The notes under the pieces were generated by a model. That model worked only from the letters and a program-made list of their open reading frames with translations. It ran no database searches and was not told where the DNA came from. DNA of 64,000 bases from Candidatus Thalassarchaeaceae archaeon (lineage in GTDB: Archaea > Thermoplasmatota > Poseidoniia > Poseidoniales > Thalassarchaeaceae), in the NCBI GenBank assembly GCA_023700255.1, contig JAJPRD010000001.1:53566-117565 (forward strand), given 5' to 3'. Below are positions 51,126 to 60,159 of the stretch, piece after piece. Both the position numbers and the translations under genes were made by a program. The first letter of the stretch is position 1; each line of letters begins with the position of its first letter.

Positions 51126-51203
51126 TGGTGGGCGATACAGGATTTGAACCCATGTCATCGGCTTAGAAGGCCGATATGATATCCAGACTACACCAATCGC
51201 CCT
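51126..51203 (-). tRNA. tRNA-Arg (anticodon TCT), encoded CCA
   Basis: Acceptor stem GGGCGAT/ATCGCCC. Anticodon stem TCGGC/GCCGA with loop CTTCTAA. T-loop TTCAAAT. Discriminator A followed by CCA. The D-arm is irregular (3-bp stem, long loop). Confidence 0.75.
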
Positions 51204-51243
51204 TGGGCTGTCGCGGCAGTATCTCTCTCATGAACCCTACACA

Positions 51244-52020
51244 TCAAGCATTTTCTTCCAGGAGGTCTTCTACAGCGTCTTCCAATATGTCTTGCATCTG
51301 GTTTACATCCTCTCCCGCGCTATAATTTAGTTTCCCATCATCTTGTATATCTGTTCTAATATCTTTTACACTTCTTCCGATTTTTTTAGAAATTTCTTTT
51401 TTCTTTGTCAAGTTTTTTCTTCTTAATAATACCAAATTTGATATTGCAGAGATACTACGTAATATACTTTCTAAGACAGCGATTAAGAATAGGCTGCTCA
51501 AGAATGATGTGGCGACTTCATTGAGGCTACGAAATAATGATTCGATCTCCGAAAATTGTACCTGAGCATCTCCTACTAAAAATACACCCAGAACTCCGAA
51601 TGGTAGCATTTTTGCTACATCTCTTGAAAGATCCTCAGTCCAATAGGATAGGATTCTAACCGCTCCTACAACAGAAGTTGCAATTAGGGCGTTCCTTGAA
51701 TGATCTGCATCTGGAGATAGTAAAGTCAAGATGACAGCTAGAACTAGTGTCCAGAATGTGATAAGTATTGGGACAATGACGATATATTGCATAACAAAAA
51801 TAATCGTTCTAGTATACTTCTTTATTTTACCTCCGAAATTATTTGAATAATGCTCTAAATTCAGGGTTATAAGGTCCCTTTTAGCTAAGACTCTATAGAA
51901 TATAAATACGAATACGGAGTAAGCAGATATTGCAATAATTGCTCCTAATGTAGGGTATGATTCTTTGACAATAACTTGTATCAAATCTTCTACATCTGAC
52001 ATGTTGCTAGGCAAATCCAT
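51244..52020 (-). CDS. integral membrane protein, hypothetical
   Basis: 258 aa. About four TM helices, then a charged C-terminal region. Confidence 0.4.
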   Translation of the reverse strand: MDLPSNMSDVEDLIQVIVKESYPTLGAIIAISAYSVFVFIFYRVLAKRDLITLNLEHYSNNFGGKIKKYTRTIIFVMQYIVIVPILITFWTLVLAVILTLLSPDADHSRNALIATSVVGAVRILSYWTEDLSRDVAKMLPFGVLGVFLVGDAQVQFSEIESLFRSLNEVATSFLSSLFLIAVLESILRSISAISNLVLLRRKNLTKKKEISKKIGRSVKDIRTDIQDDGKLNYSAGEDVNQMQDILEDAVEDLLEENA

Positions 52021-52060
52021 GGCTATTGGTAGACCTATTGTGATAATATGATTATGTATT

Positions 52061-52615
52061 TCATGATTTGAATGGCCTAGCGCATTTAGGGCATCTACTA
52101 GGCATGGTTACTCTTTTCCGTTCCCATGTATATCCACAATCTCCACATATCCATTGTCGTTCAGGTAATTTTTCTAATACTCTTTCACGCATTTCTTGTA
52201 ATACTGTTGATTCTGCCAATTTAGGAGGAGGAGAAATTTCTTTAGCTAAATCTGCATGTATGCTTCCATGGTCAAGTAAACCTGAAGCATGTAACAATTC
52301 ATGCACTAAGGTGTGACGGTACAGAACCAAATCATTATTCAATAAGGGATTTAATCCTATAGTCACAGGTCCACAAGATACTTTCAGTTTCCTTCTGCGA
52401 AATAGTTCGTTAGGATTACATTCGAAACGAGTCATACCTAATCTTGATTCATTTTCATCTATCCAAATAAGCTCTAGGTTCTTTCCCAAAAATTTCAGAA
52501 AAGGAGCATCCTTTTTATCTAGCCTGGTTTTTAATTCAGGTATCAATTCATCAGGAAGCCATGGTTTTTCAGGGAGTTCAAGTATTGTTCTATCTGGCCC
52601 GTCTGCCTCACTCAT
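52061..52615 (-). CDS. SprT-like zinc metallopeptidase with a C-terminal zinc ribbon
   Basis: HExxH (TLVHELLHASG). C-terminal CGDCG...CPKC ribbon. Confidence 0.55.
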   Translation of the reverse strand: MSEADGPDRTILELPEKPWLPDELIPELKTRLDKKDAPFLKFLGKNLELIWIDENESRLGMTRFECNPNELFRRRKLKVSCGPVTIGLNPLLNNDLVLYRHTLVHELLHASGLLDHGSIHADLAKEISPPPKLAESTVLQEMRERVLEKLPERQWICGDCGYTWERKRVTMPSRCPKCARPFKS

Positions 52616-52636
52616 ACCCTTGCCTACTCCATTTCC

Positions 52637-52644
52637 CTTAAATG
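52637..52644 (+). promoter_or_regulatory. putative archaeal TATA box for tRNA-Ala
   Basis: CTTAAATG lies about 27 nt upstream of the tRNA 5' end. Confidence 0.35.
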
Positions 52645-52668
52645 GCCGTCGTAAGTCGCTTGTTCAAT

Positions 52669-52745
52669 GGGCGTGTGGCGCAGCTTGGAAGCGCGCTTCT
52701 TTGGCTAAGAAGAGGCCCCGAGTTCAAATCTCGGCTCGTCCACCA
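52669..52745 (+). tRNA. tRNA-Ala (anticodon GGC), encoded CCA
   Basis: D-stem GCGC/GCGC. Anticodon stem CTTCT/AGAAG with loop TTGGCTA. T-arm CCGAG-TTCAAAT-CTCGG. A G3:U70 pair is present. One U6/U67 mismatch in the acceptor stem. A T-rich tract follows. Confidence 0.7.
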
Positions 52746-52913
52746 TTAGTTAAATTTCAATATTTATTTCCCTTGATATCTTTTTTTTATTATTTTTTTT
52801 GTACAACTGTTATTTTTGTGTATTCTTTATTACTATTTGTAAAAAACGCCTGACTGATAGGGAATCGTAGAAACGATTGAAAACAAACATTCTATGAGCA
52901 TCCGCCAATCAGG

Positions 52914-52921
52914 CTATATAT
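52914..52921 (+). promoter_or_regulatory. putative TATA box of the oppA promoter (leaderless or near-leaderless transcript)
   Basis: CTATATAT is centred about 23-26 nt upstream of the ATG at 52941/52944. Confidence 0.35.
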
Positions 52922-52940
52922 TGCACATTGAGTCGATGCA

Positions 52941-54971
52941 ATGATGAAGCTTAGATTTAGTGCTCTATTTTTATGCACGCTAATGATTGCCTCGGTATTT
53001 GCCGGGTGTCTCGGTGGGGAAGACGATGTAGAAGGTTGTATGGATGCAACTGCTAACAACTACAACGCTGACGCTACAGTAGACGACATGTCATGTACCT
53101 ATGACCCAACTGTGAGTTCTGTAAAAGACTCATTTGCAGCTGGAACCATGGCTTATGATGACGCCTGGTCATCTCTGCAAAGCATGCGTGCTTGTGCCGA
53201 GACCGGATCAAACAACCCATGTGAGATTGTTTCAATGACAATCGGTGACGCATCTACGTTTGATCCTCATGATGCTTATGATTCAGCATCTGGCGACGTT
53301 ATTGAGAATGTTTTCGATACCCTATACAGGTATGAAGGAGACGGATCAGGTAATGCAATCATCGTACCTCGTTTAGCTACTGGTCACACTATTAGTGATG
53401 ATCAACTGACATATACTTTTACTCTACGTGATGATGTATACTTCAGTAATGGTGACCATATGACTGCAGAAGACGTTGTTTATTCATGGGAAAGAGTGAA
53501 TGAAATGGGAAGTCCACTTTCACATGTTTCATGGATTACTGAGCAAAACTTCAATACTTCAGGCCTAACAATGATTGATGACACTCACTTCTCAGTGACT
53601 CTGACTCAACCATATGCTGGTTTCATTTCAACAATTGCTTACACTGTTGGTGCAATTGTAAACAAGGATCTTTGTGAAGCAAATCGTGTAACTACTGCTG
53701 ATGATACTTCTACTGCTGATGTAGACGAGTCATCTGATGACTGGTGCCACACATGGATGGACGAAGCTCCTCTGGGTGCTGGAACTGGTGCTTATATTGT
53801 TGATTCATGGACTCGTGAAACTTCTATTGTTCTCACACCTAACTGGATGTACTGGGAAGATGGCGGATTTAACATCAACCGTTTCACTGAACAGATAGTT
53901 ACTGAAGCTTCTACTCGTCTTCTTGCATTCCAAGATGGTGAGGCTGATTTCGGTGCACTTAATATTGAAGATGAACCTCAATTCTGCGATAACTATGAAG
54001 ATGCACCTAATGTAGCTGGTAAGGATGGATTTGTATGTACTTACAGAGAATCTTTCTCAGTGACTCTATCTGCAATGAACCTTATGCCTAAGGCATTAGA
54101 TGCTGGTGAACAAACCAATAACACTGATGCTAACTCATCTCTAGTTCTAAACTTCGACTGTGATGGCGATGGCACAATGGATTGTAACGTAATGTCACAA
54201 TCTGCAGTTCGTAAGGCTATTGCATATGCTTTCGATTATGATACAGCTCGTCGAGATACTTACAGTGGACAATTGGCTCCAGTATACGGTCCAATCCCTA
54301 ACGGGTTCTTGTACGATGAGACTCAGTCTCAAGTATTCAGCTACGATCTAACTGTTGCTGAAGCAGCTCTTGAAGATGCAGGATTCATCAAGCAATATGA
54401 ATGTTCAAGTCTAACTGTTGCTGGTGAACCAACTGTAGTTCCTGAGGCAGATAGAGATGGTGACGAATGCCGTCTACCAAACATCCTTAGAATCATGGCT
54501 AACGAAGGTAACGATTACCGTATTGCTATGTCTGGACAAATCGCTCAGTCACTAAGTTCAATTGGTGTTGCAACAGATGGTGATGCAAAGCCTTGGGCTG
54601 AGTATCTAACTATGTACTATACAAGTACATTCGAGATTAGATTTAGTGGATGGGCTCCTGATTATCTGGACCCAGATAACTACTGGACTCCATTCGCTGC
54701 AAGTCACGATGCTGGAGGAGATGCATACGGTACAAACTACCATAATGCAGCTCTAGATGAGAATCTAACAGCAGCTCGTATTTCAACAGATGATGCAGAG
54801 CGTACACAACTGTACAGCAATGCATTCGCTCTTTGGACAGAAGATCCGAACATGATTATCATAGGTCAAAGTAATGGTATTAGCGTAAAGCGTACTGATA
54901 TCGTATCTGCACCATGGGCTGCTATAGGTTCAGCTCACTGGTTCGATTACGATAAGTTACCAATAGCTTAA
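52941..54971 (+). CDS. oppA: ABC transporter substrate-binding lipoprotein, oligopeptide/dipeptide family (SBP family 5)
   Basis: Signal peptide plus lipobox FAGC. 676 aa. It is followed by oppBCDF. The gene has a distinctly GC-richer, biased codon usage. Confidence 0.8.
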   Translation: MMKLRFSALFLCTLMIASVFAGCLGGEDDVEGCMDATANNYNADATVDDMSCTYDPTVSSVKDSFAAGTMAYDDAWSSLQSMRACAETGSNNPCEIVSMTIGDASTFDPHDAYDSASGDVIENVFDTLYRYEGDGSGNAIIVPRLATGHTISDDQLTYTFTLRDDVYFSNGDHMTAEDVVYSWERVNEMGSPLSHVSWITEQNFNTSGLTMIDDTHFSVTLTQPYAGFISTIAYTVGAIVNKDLCEANRVTTADDTSTADVDESSDDWCHTWMDEAPLGAGTGAYIVDSWTRETSIVLTPNWMYWEDGGFNINRFTEQIVTEASTRLLAFQDGEADFGALNIEDEPQFCDNYEDAPNVAGKDGFVCTYRESFSVTLSAMNLMPKALDAGEQTNNTDANSSLVLNFDCDGDGTMDCNVMSQSAVRKAIAYAFDYDTARRDTYSGQLAPVYGPIPNGFLYDETQSQVFSYDLTVAEAALEDAGFIKQYECSSLTVAGEPTVVPEADRDGDECRLPNILRIMANEGNDYRIAMSGQIAQSLSSIGVATDGDAKPWAEYLTMYYTSTFEIRFSGWAPDYLDPDNYWTPFAASHDAGGDAYGTNYHNAALDENLTAARISTDDAERTQLYSNAFALWTEDPNMIIIGQSNGISVKRTDIVSAPWAAIGSAHWFDYDKLPIA

Positions 54972-55006
54972 GTCTTAATTGACTAGTTCGAAAATACGTA
55001 AGGCCG

Positions 55007-55050
55007 ACAACAGCCACTTTCGAGTGGCTGTTGTTGTGCCGTTTTTTTTT
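55007..55050 (+). terminator. hairpin + oligo-T terminator/attenuator downstream of oppA
   Basis: Perfect 11-bp inverted repeat ACAACAGCCAC/GTGGCTGTTGT with loop TTTCGA (55007-55034), followed by T9 (55042-55050). Confidence 0.5.
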
Positions 55051-55149
55051 ATTTTCAAATATTTGGCTCACCCTAAACTTATTTAGAAAGTAGACTAATG
55101 GTTGTATGATAACCAACTTGTACGTCCCTAACAGGAGGATGCGAATTAA

Positions 55150-56286
55150 ATGAAACTACAGGAATTTATAGTCAGAAGGTTAATTCTTCTCATTCCAGTA
55201 ATTATGGGTGTTTCAATATTCACCTTCGCTATAGCTCAAATAATTCCTGCTGATCCTGCTGCAGCACTATGTGGTGAAAAATGTGGGATTGTAGGCTCTA
55301 ATGGGCTTACTGCTTACGAATCTAATGTCATAAGATTAGGTTTAGACAAACCAGTTTGGCAGCAATATGTCATTTATGTCACTAATCTTCTTGAGGGTGA
55401 TTGGGGTGAATCTGTTACATTCCACCGCCCAGTTATTGAAAAGCTCAGAGATGCGGCTCCTATCACACTTGAGATGTCATTTTTATCTCTTGCAATGGGC
55501 TTTCCAATGGGTATTACTCTTGGTATTTTTAGTGCAGTTTGGCAAGATAAATTATTTGATCAGGCCTCCCGATTTATTGCAATAGCATTTGTCAGTTTAC
55601 CAATATTTTGGTTGGCTATGATGTTTCAATATATACTAGGTACTCAAGTTGGTATATGTGATCCAATAACTCAGGCCTTACCTCTCATACCTGATACTGA
55701 TGGTGGTTGTTTCCCAATATATGGAAGGCATGAACCAACCTACACTTTTCCAGATACTGGGACTGGTTTTCATTTGATTGATAGTTGGATAGTTGAAGAG
55801 CCAACTAAATTCAATCCACAGACTAACCGTTATGAAGTTTCAATGACTCATTGGGATATGTTCATTGATACATTAACACACCTATTTTTACCTTGTTTCA
55901 CTCTAGCCGTAGCTAGTACTGGTGGCCTTCTAAGGTACATGAGGGCCAGTCTTTTAGAAGTTATGAATGAAGACTATGTTAGGACCGCTCGAGCAAAGGG
56001 GATATCTGAAACAAGAGTCATTTTAGTTCATGCTGTAAGAAATGCATTAGTGCCTATCGTCACAATTCTAGGATTTTCTATAGGTGGCGCAATAGGAGGA
56101 GCGGTTCTGACTGAAACAATATTTGCATTCCCAGGGATGGGTAAAACAGCAGTAGATGCCATTGTTTATTTGGATTTCTCAATGATAATGGGTGTGACTT
56201 TAGTCACAGCAATAATTTTCCTTCTTTCTAATTTACTTGTAGATATTTCATATGCAATAGTTGACCCAAGGGTGAGATTAGAATGA
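55150..56286 (+). CDS. oppB: oligopeptide ABC transporter permease (OppB/DppB type)
   Basis: Six TM. Conserved permease motif region (VRTARAKGISETRVILVHAVRNALVPIVT). A roughly 60-aa hydrophilic loop insertion. Confidence 0.8.
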   Translation: MKLQEFIVRRLILLIPVIMGVSIFTFAIAQIIPADPAAALCGEKCGIVGSNGLTAYESNVIRLGLDKPVWQQYVIYVTNLLEGDWGESVTFHRPVIEKLRDAAPITLEMSFLSLAMGFPMGITLGIFSAVWQDKLFDQASRFIAIAFVSLPIFWLAMMFQYILGTQVGICDPITQALPLIPDTDGGCFPIYGRHEPTYTFPDTGTGFHLIDSWIVEEPTKFNPQTNRYEVSMTHWDMFIDTLTHLFLPCFTLAVASTGGLLRYMRASLLEVMNEDYVRTARAKGISETRVILVHAVRNALVPIVTILGFSIGGAIGGAVLTETIFAFPGMGKTAVDAIVYLDFSMIMGVTLVTAIIFLLSNLLVDISYAIVDPRVRLE

Positions 56287-58190
56287 GTGATTTCAAAATT
56301 GATTTCATCATTTATTCTATATTTTTAATTTTTATATTTTTAATTTTTGGAATTATCTCGGATACGCTCCGTGGACATAAATGGTCGAATAGTCTTGAAG
56401 ACCGTAATGAAAGTCTGAATAGGTTCATTCAAGGTTGGAGGCAGCGTATTTACGATATACGAAAAAGTTGGAAAATATTTAGGAAATCAGTACTTGCAAT
56501 CATTGGTTTAATGTTGATAGTTACTGTTTCAACCATCAGTATTTTTGCAGACGATATTGCAGTTGAACACCCTTATAGGAATTTACAAGATACTGAAGAT
56601 CTTTGGTGGATTGATAATGAGCCACGGAGAGAAGCGCCATTTTCTGAGGCTTGTGACTGGCATGAGCAAGGAATAGATATGTTTGGTATAAAAACCAAGG
56701 GTTATTCTCGTTATGTCACTGCAGTATCTGATCCTGTATTTGATGAAAACGGTTCATTGAATCCAAGACCTCTAATTATCATAGAAATAGAGTCTATGGA
56801 AGATGACCTAGGTTATGAATTGAATAATTCTTTGATAGTTATGCATAATGAAACAACATTTTTTGTAACTGATGATGCATTAAATGTCAGTAGTTCAAAA
56901 ATATGGGTGACTTTTGAATTCCAGAATGATGAGATGCACCATTGGTGGTTACCTGATGGACATGATGTCTGCATTATGGGTACTACTAATACAGGGCAAG
57001 ATTTGTTTAGTAAAATTCTTTATGGATCTAGAATTTCTTTGAAAATTGGTATTACAGTCGCATTCTTAACAGTGGCTTTAGGGACTATGATTGGTAGTAT
57101 AAGTGGCTACTATGGCGGAATAATTGATGAAGTAATTATGAGGATAACTGATGTATTTTTTGCAGTCCCTGGTTTAATTTTGGCCATGGCATTTGTTGCA
57201 GCCTTACAGAATACCACTAGTTTGACTATGCCAATGTTCTCAGTAGTTGTTTTGTTGCTATTTTTTGTATTTCTTTCGACACGGAACGTAATTTCGGAAT
57301 TAATTACGGGGGAAGGTACAGATCAAAACACTATTTTCAAAATCAAAGGTAAATTGAAGGAAATTTCTAACCTAGGTGAGGTGGGAAATCCTCTCGGTAT
57401 TTCCATACTCAAGACCTCATTATTTTTACTACGCTACAGGGGGTTCTTTTCGATTATTTTAGCCATGTTCGCTCTGACATTTTGGTCTAATTTTTGGCCT
57501 AATAATCCTGGAATGGAATTAGAGAAATCTTTGATGTTAGTTGCTATTTTCATATTGTGTATAATGGTAATGATTCTCGACCAAAACTTAAACCAAGGCG
57601 TGCCAAGAAAATTGATTTCAGAAAGAGTATCAGGATTATTTGATTTTGGAAACCCCTATCGTTTCTTAGCATTAAGGACAATTCTGATATTTGTATCAGT
57701 CGTTTTGTTGATATTTGTGACAAAATCTAATGAATCTAATTTTGTTGTTATCAAGGATTTTGATAGGCTATGGAAAATTCAGGCTGCACTAATATTGACA
57801 GGTTGGCCGGGTTATGCACGACTAATTCGTGGTCAAGTATTGTATATCAGAGAAATGACTTTTGTTGAAGCTGCTAAATCTGTTGGAGCTCCAGATGGAA
57901 GAATAATGTTTAGGCATATATTACCCAGTGCTTGGGCTCCATTGTTGGTAGCCTTCACTCTTGACGTTGGTGGAACTATATTGTCGGCATCGGGGTTATC
58001 TTTCATAGGGCTTGGTGCTGAACCCGGTACTGCTGAATGGGGTATTCTTGTTTCTGATGGCCGTAGATTCTTTCCAAACTCCTGGTGGTTAGTAACATTC
58101 CCTGGTTTGGCAATACTGTTCACAACACTCGGTTTCAACTTACTCGGAGACGGATTAAGGGATATAGTCGATCCGAAAAATAAGAGGTGA
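56283..58190 (+). CDS. oppC: oligopeptide ABC transporter permease (OppC/DppC type) with a large N-terminal extracellular region and an internal hydrophobic insertion
   Basis: EAA-loop region YARLIRGQVLYIREMTFVEAAKSVGA. C-terminal LGDGLRDIVDPK. It is 635 aa against about 300 typical. Confidence 0.8.
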   Translation: MSDFKIDFIIYSIFLIFIFLIFGIISDTLRGHKWSNSLEDRNESLNRFIQGWRQRIYDIRKSWKIFRKSVLAIIGLMLIVTVSTISIFADDIAVEHPYRNLQDTEDLWWIDNEPRREAPFSEACDWHEQGIDMFGIKTKGYSRYVTAVSDPVFDENGSLNPRPLIIIEIESMEDDLGYELNNSLIVMHNETTFFVTDDALNVSSSKIWVTFEFQNDEMHHWWLPDGHDVCIMGTTNTGQDLFSKILYGSRISLKIGITVAFLTVALGTMIGSISGYYGGIIDEVIMRITDVFFAVPGLILAMAFVAALQNTTSLTMPMFSVVVLLLFFVFLSTRNVISELITGEGTDQNTIFKIKGKLKEISNLGEVGNPLGISILKTSLFLLRYRGFFSIILAMFALTFWSNFWPNNPGMELEKSLMLVAIFILCIMVMILDQNLNQGVPRKLISERVSGLFDFGNPYRFLALRTILIFVSVVLLIFVTKSNESNFVVIKDFDRLWKIQAALILTGWPGYARLIRGQVLYIREMTFVEAAKSVGAPDGRIMFRHILPSAWAPLLVAFTLDVGGTILSASGLSFIGLGAEPGTAEWGILVSDGRRFFPNSWWLVTFPGLAILFTTLGFNLLGDGLRDIVDPKNKR

Positions 58191-58194
58191 TTTT

Positions 58195-60159
58195 ATGTCT
58201 GATGATTCGTTATTAAAGATTCAAAATCTCAAAGTTCATTTTGATACGCTCGAAGGTCCAGTTGAAGCTTTACATGATGTAAACCTTGAAGTTAAAAAAG
58301 GCCAAATAATGGGTGTAGTTGGTGAATCAGGATGTGGTAAATCAGTCACCTCATTAACCAGTATTGGTTTAGCTACTTGCATTGTAGATGAGGGAAGTAT
58401 CAAGTATGACGGTAAAGAAATGATTTTCCATGAAAAAGAAAAGGACCCTTATCTCGTACTTCTAAGTATTATATTACCATATATCGCGGTCTTAATTTCA
58501 TTCCCAATCGGTTTTGTATATCTGATGCCTTTTATGAAAGATCCATTATTCGGCTTTCAAATCATAATGTCAGGTTTTGGATTGATTATTATTTCGATTA
58601 TCATAAAATATTTCATTCATTCAGATTTCAGAGAACATGAGAAATTTATGAGATTCATCAGAGGTAATGAAATAAGTATGATTTTTCAAGAGCCAATGAC
58701 TGCTCTAAATCCTCTATATACTGTTGAGAAGCAGATTTTTGAGGTCATGAAAACACATAAACGTTTAGTTGACCCCAGTTTATCTCAATATAATAGAATC
58801 ATTTCATCATTCAAGGCTCCATTTAGATTCTTGTATAATTGGATTTTATCTGACCGATTTTCAGCAATATTTTTCTCTATTCTTATCTTAACTTATCTGC
58901 TAGTTTCATGTATGGGTCCAAACTCAATTTCTTCATGGGGGACGAGATTTATCGTGATATTCTACGCATCTGCAGAAATATCAATGTCTTGTACTAATTA
59001 TACCGATGAATTAATGTCATATTGCTTTTTATTGATTCCTTTAGGTGCACTCAAATCTTCAATCCAATCTTCGATGACTCGGGGAGATGATTCCAGAAAA
59101 ACTCTGATGTCTATACCATATGTATTTATCATAATAATGTTTATTTTATGGTATGATCAGACGCTTCTACGATCCACCATTATTATAGGTGGTATAATGA
59201 TTTTTATTACGCTAATTTCCTTAATTAAACTGAACTTATGGGAACAAGAATCTGATGTGGTGACTGATATTTCCTCTTTCCTCGCAGCTGTTTTTCACAG
59301 TATTATTCCAGATAATTCAGCAATTAGGTCGATCCCCTTTACATTCACTTTAGCATTGACCTATGCAATTCTTCTGTGGACTCCAAATCAAGTTGTTGGA
59401 ACTGTCTTAGCTTTGATAATGACCGTCTCAATACCTAGTATAATATTGATTGATTTCTTACAATTAGATCCTGCTCATAGAAATCAAGTAATAAAAATCA
59501 TTGAGGATGTTCAGATACCTAATCCTAGTGCAGTCATAACAATGTATCCTCATGAATTATCAGGTGGTATGCGTCAAAGAGTTATGATTGCTATGATGAT
59601 GTCTTGCGAGCCTAAATTACTAATTGCAGATGAACCAACTACAGCTCTTGATGTAACAATACAAGCCCAAATCCTTCACTTGATGCGTGACCTTAGAGAT
59701 CGAAAGGGTACTTCGATAATGCTGATAACTCACGATCTTGGAGTTATTGCTGAACTCTGTGACTCAGTATCGGTGATGTATGCTGGGTCAGTAGTAGAAA
59801 CTGGAACTATTGAAGACATCCTTACGAATCCAAGGATGCCTTATACCATTGGTCTTCTACATAGTATACCTAAAATAGTTCACTCGGATAAACGCGGCGA
59901 ACGCACTAGTCTTCCAATAATCCCTGGGCAGGTTCCAGACCCAAATACTCATTTTGATGGCTGTCGTTTCCATCCTCGATGCCCTTTTGCAGATGACCTT
60001 TGTCGTTCAATTAGGCCTGACATGATTGAAGTTAACGAAGGACACTTTGCCGCCTGCCACTATACTGAACGGACTATTAATTCTAAAGATGTTGAATCCT
60101 CTTTTGATGAATTTTCAAAGGAATTTGAAGGAGTAGGAGGTGAAGTTGTTGTCCGATAA
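58195..60159 (+). CDS. oppD: oligopeptide ABC transporter ATP-binding protein (OppD type) carrying two large hydrophobic in-frame insertions
   Basis: Walker A GESGCGKS. Q-loop MIFQEPMTALNP. Signature LSGGMRQRV. Walker B LLIADEPT. C-terminal oligopeptide-ABC Cys/His tail. There are about 65 aa and about 225 aa of extra hydrophobic sequence between the conserved blocks. Confidence 0.8.
   Translation: MSDDSLLKIQNLKVHFDTLEGPVEALHDVNLEVKKGQIMGVVGESGCGKSVTSLTSIGLATCIVDEGSIKYDGKEMIFHEKEKDPYLVLLSIILPYIAVLISFPIGFVYLMPFMKDPLFGFQIIMSGFGLIIISIIIKYFIHSDFREHEKFMRFIRGNEISMIFQEPMTALNPLYTVEKQIFEVMKTHKRLVDPSLSQYNRIISSFKAPFRFLYNWILSDRFSAIFFSILILTYLLVSCMGPNSISSWGTRFIVIFYASAEISMSCTNYTDELMSYCFLLIPLGALKSSIQSSMTRGDDSRKTLMSIPYVFIIIMFILWYDQTLLRSTIIIGGIMIFITLISLIKLNLWEQESDVVTDISSFLAAVFHSIIPDNSAIRSIPFTFTLALTYAILLWTPNQVVGTVLALIMTVSIPSIILIDFLQLDPAHRNQVIKIIEDVQIPNPSAVITMYPHELSGGMRQRVMIAMMMSCEPKLLIADEPTTALDVTIQAQILHLMRDLRDRKGTSIMLITHDLGVIAELCDSVSVMYAGSVVETGTIEDILTNPRMPYTIGLLHSIPKIVHSDKRGERTSLPIIPGQVPDPNTHFDGCRFHPRCPFADDLCRSIRPDMIEVNEGHFAACHYTERTINSKDVESSFDEFSKEFEGVGGEVVVR

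Noticed and set aside
52620-52853. 77-aa ORF in the track covering the tRNA-Ala region.
   Set aside because: It overlaps a well-formed tRNA gene and a T-rich terminator tract. Low-complexity translation. Spurious.
52849-52912. Partial inverted repeat GCCTGA...TCAGGC flanking the oppA promoter, considered a regulator operator.
   Set aside because: The arms are only 6 bp with a roughly 50-nt spacer. This could easily arise by chance in a 64-kb window.
58440-59460. OppD insertions considered as inteins or mobile insertions.
   Set aside because: No intein splice-junction residues or blocks. No endonuclease motifs. The inserts are AT-rich hydrophobic segments continuous in frame. They were kept as a finding as TM-like insertions instead.
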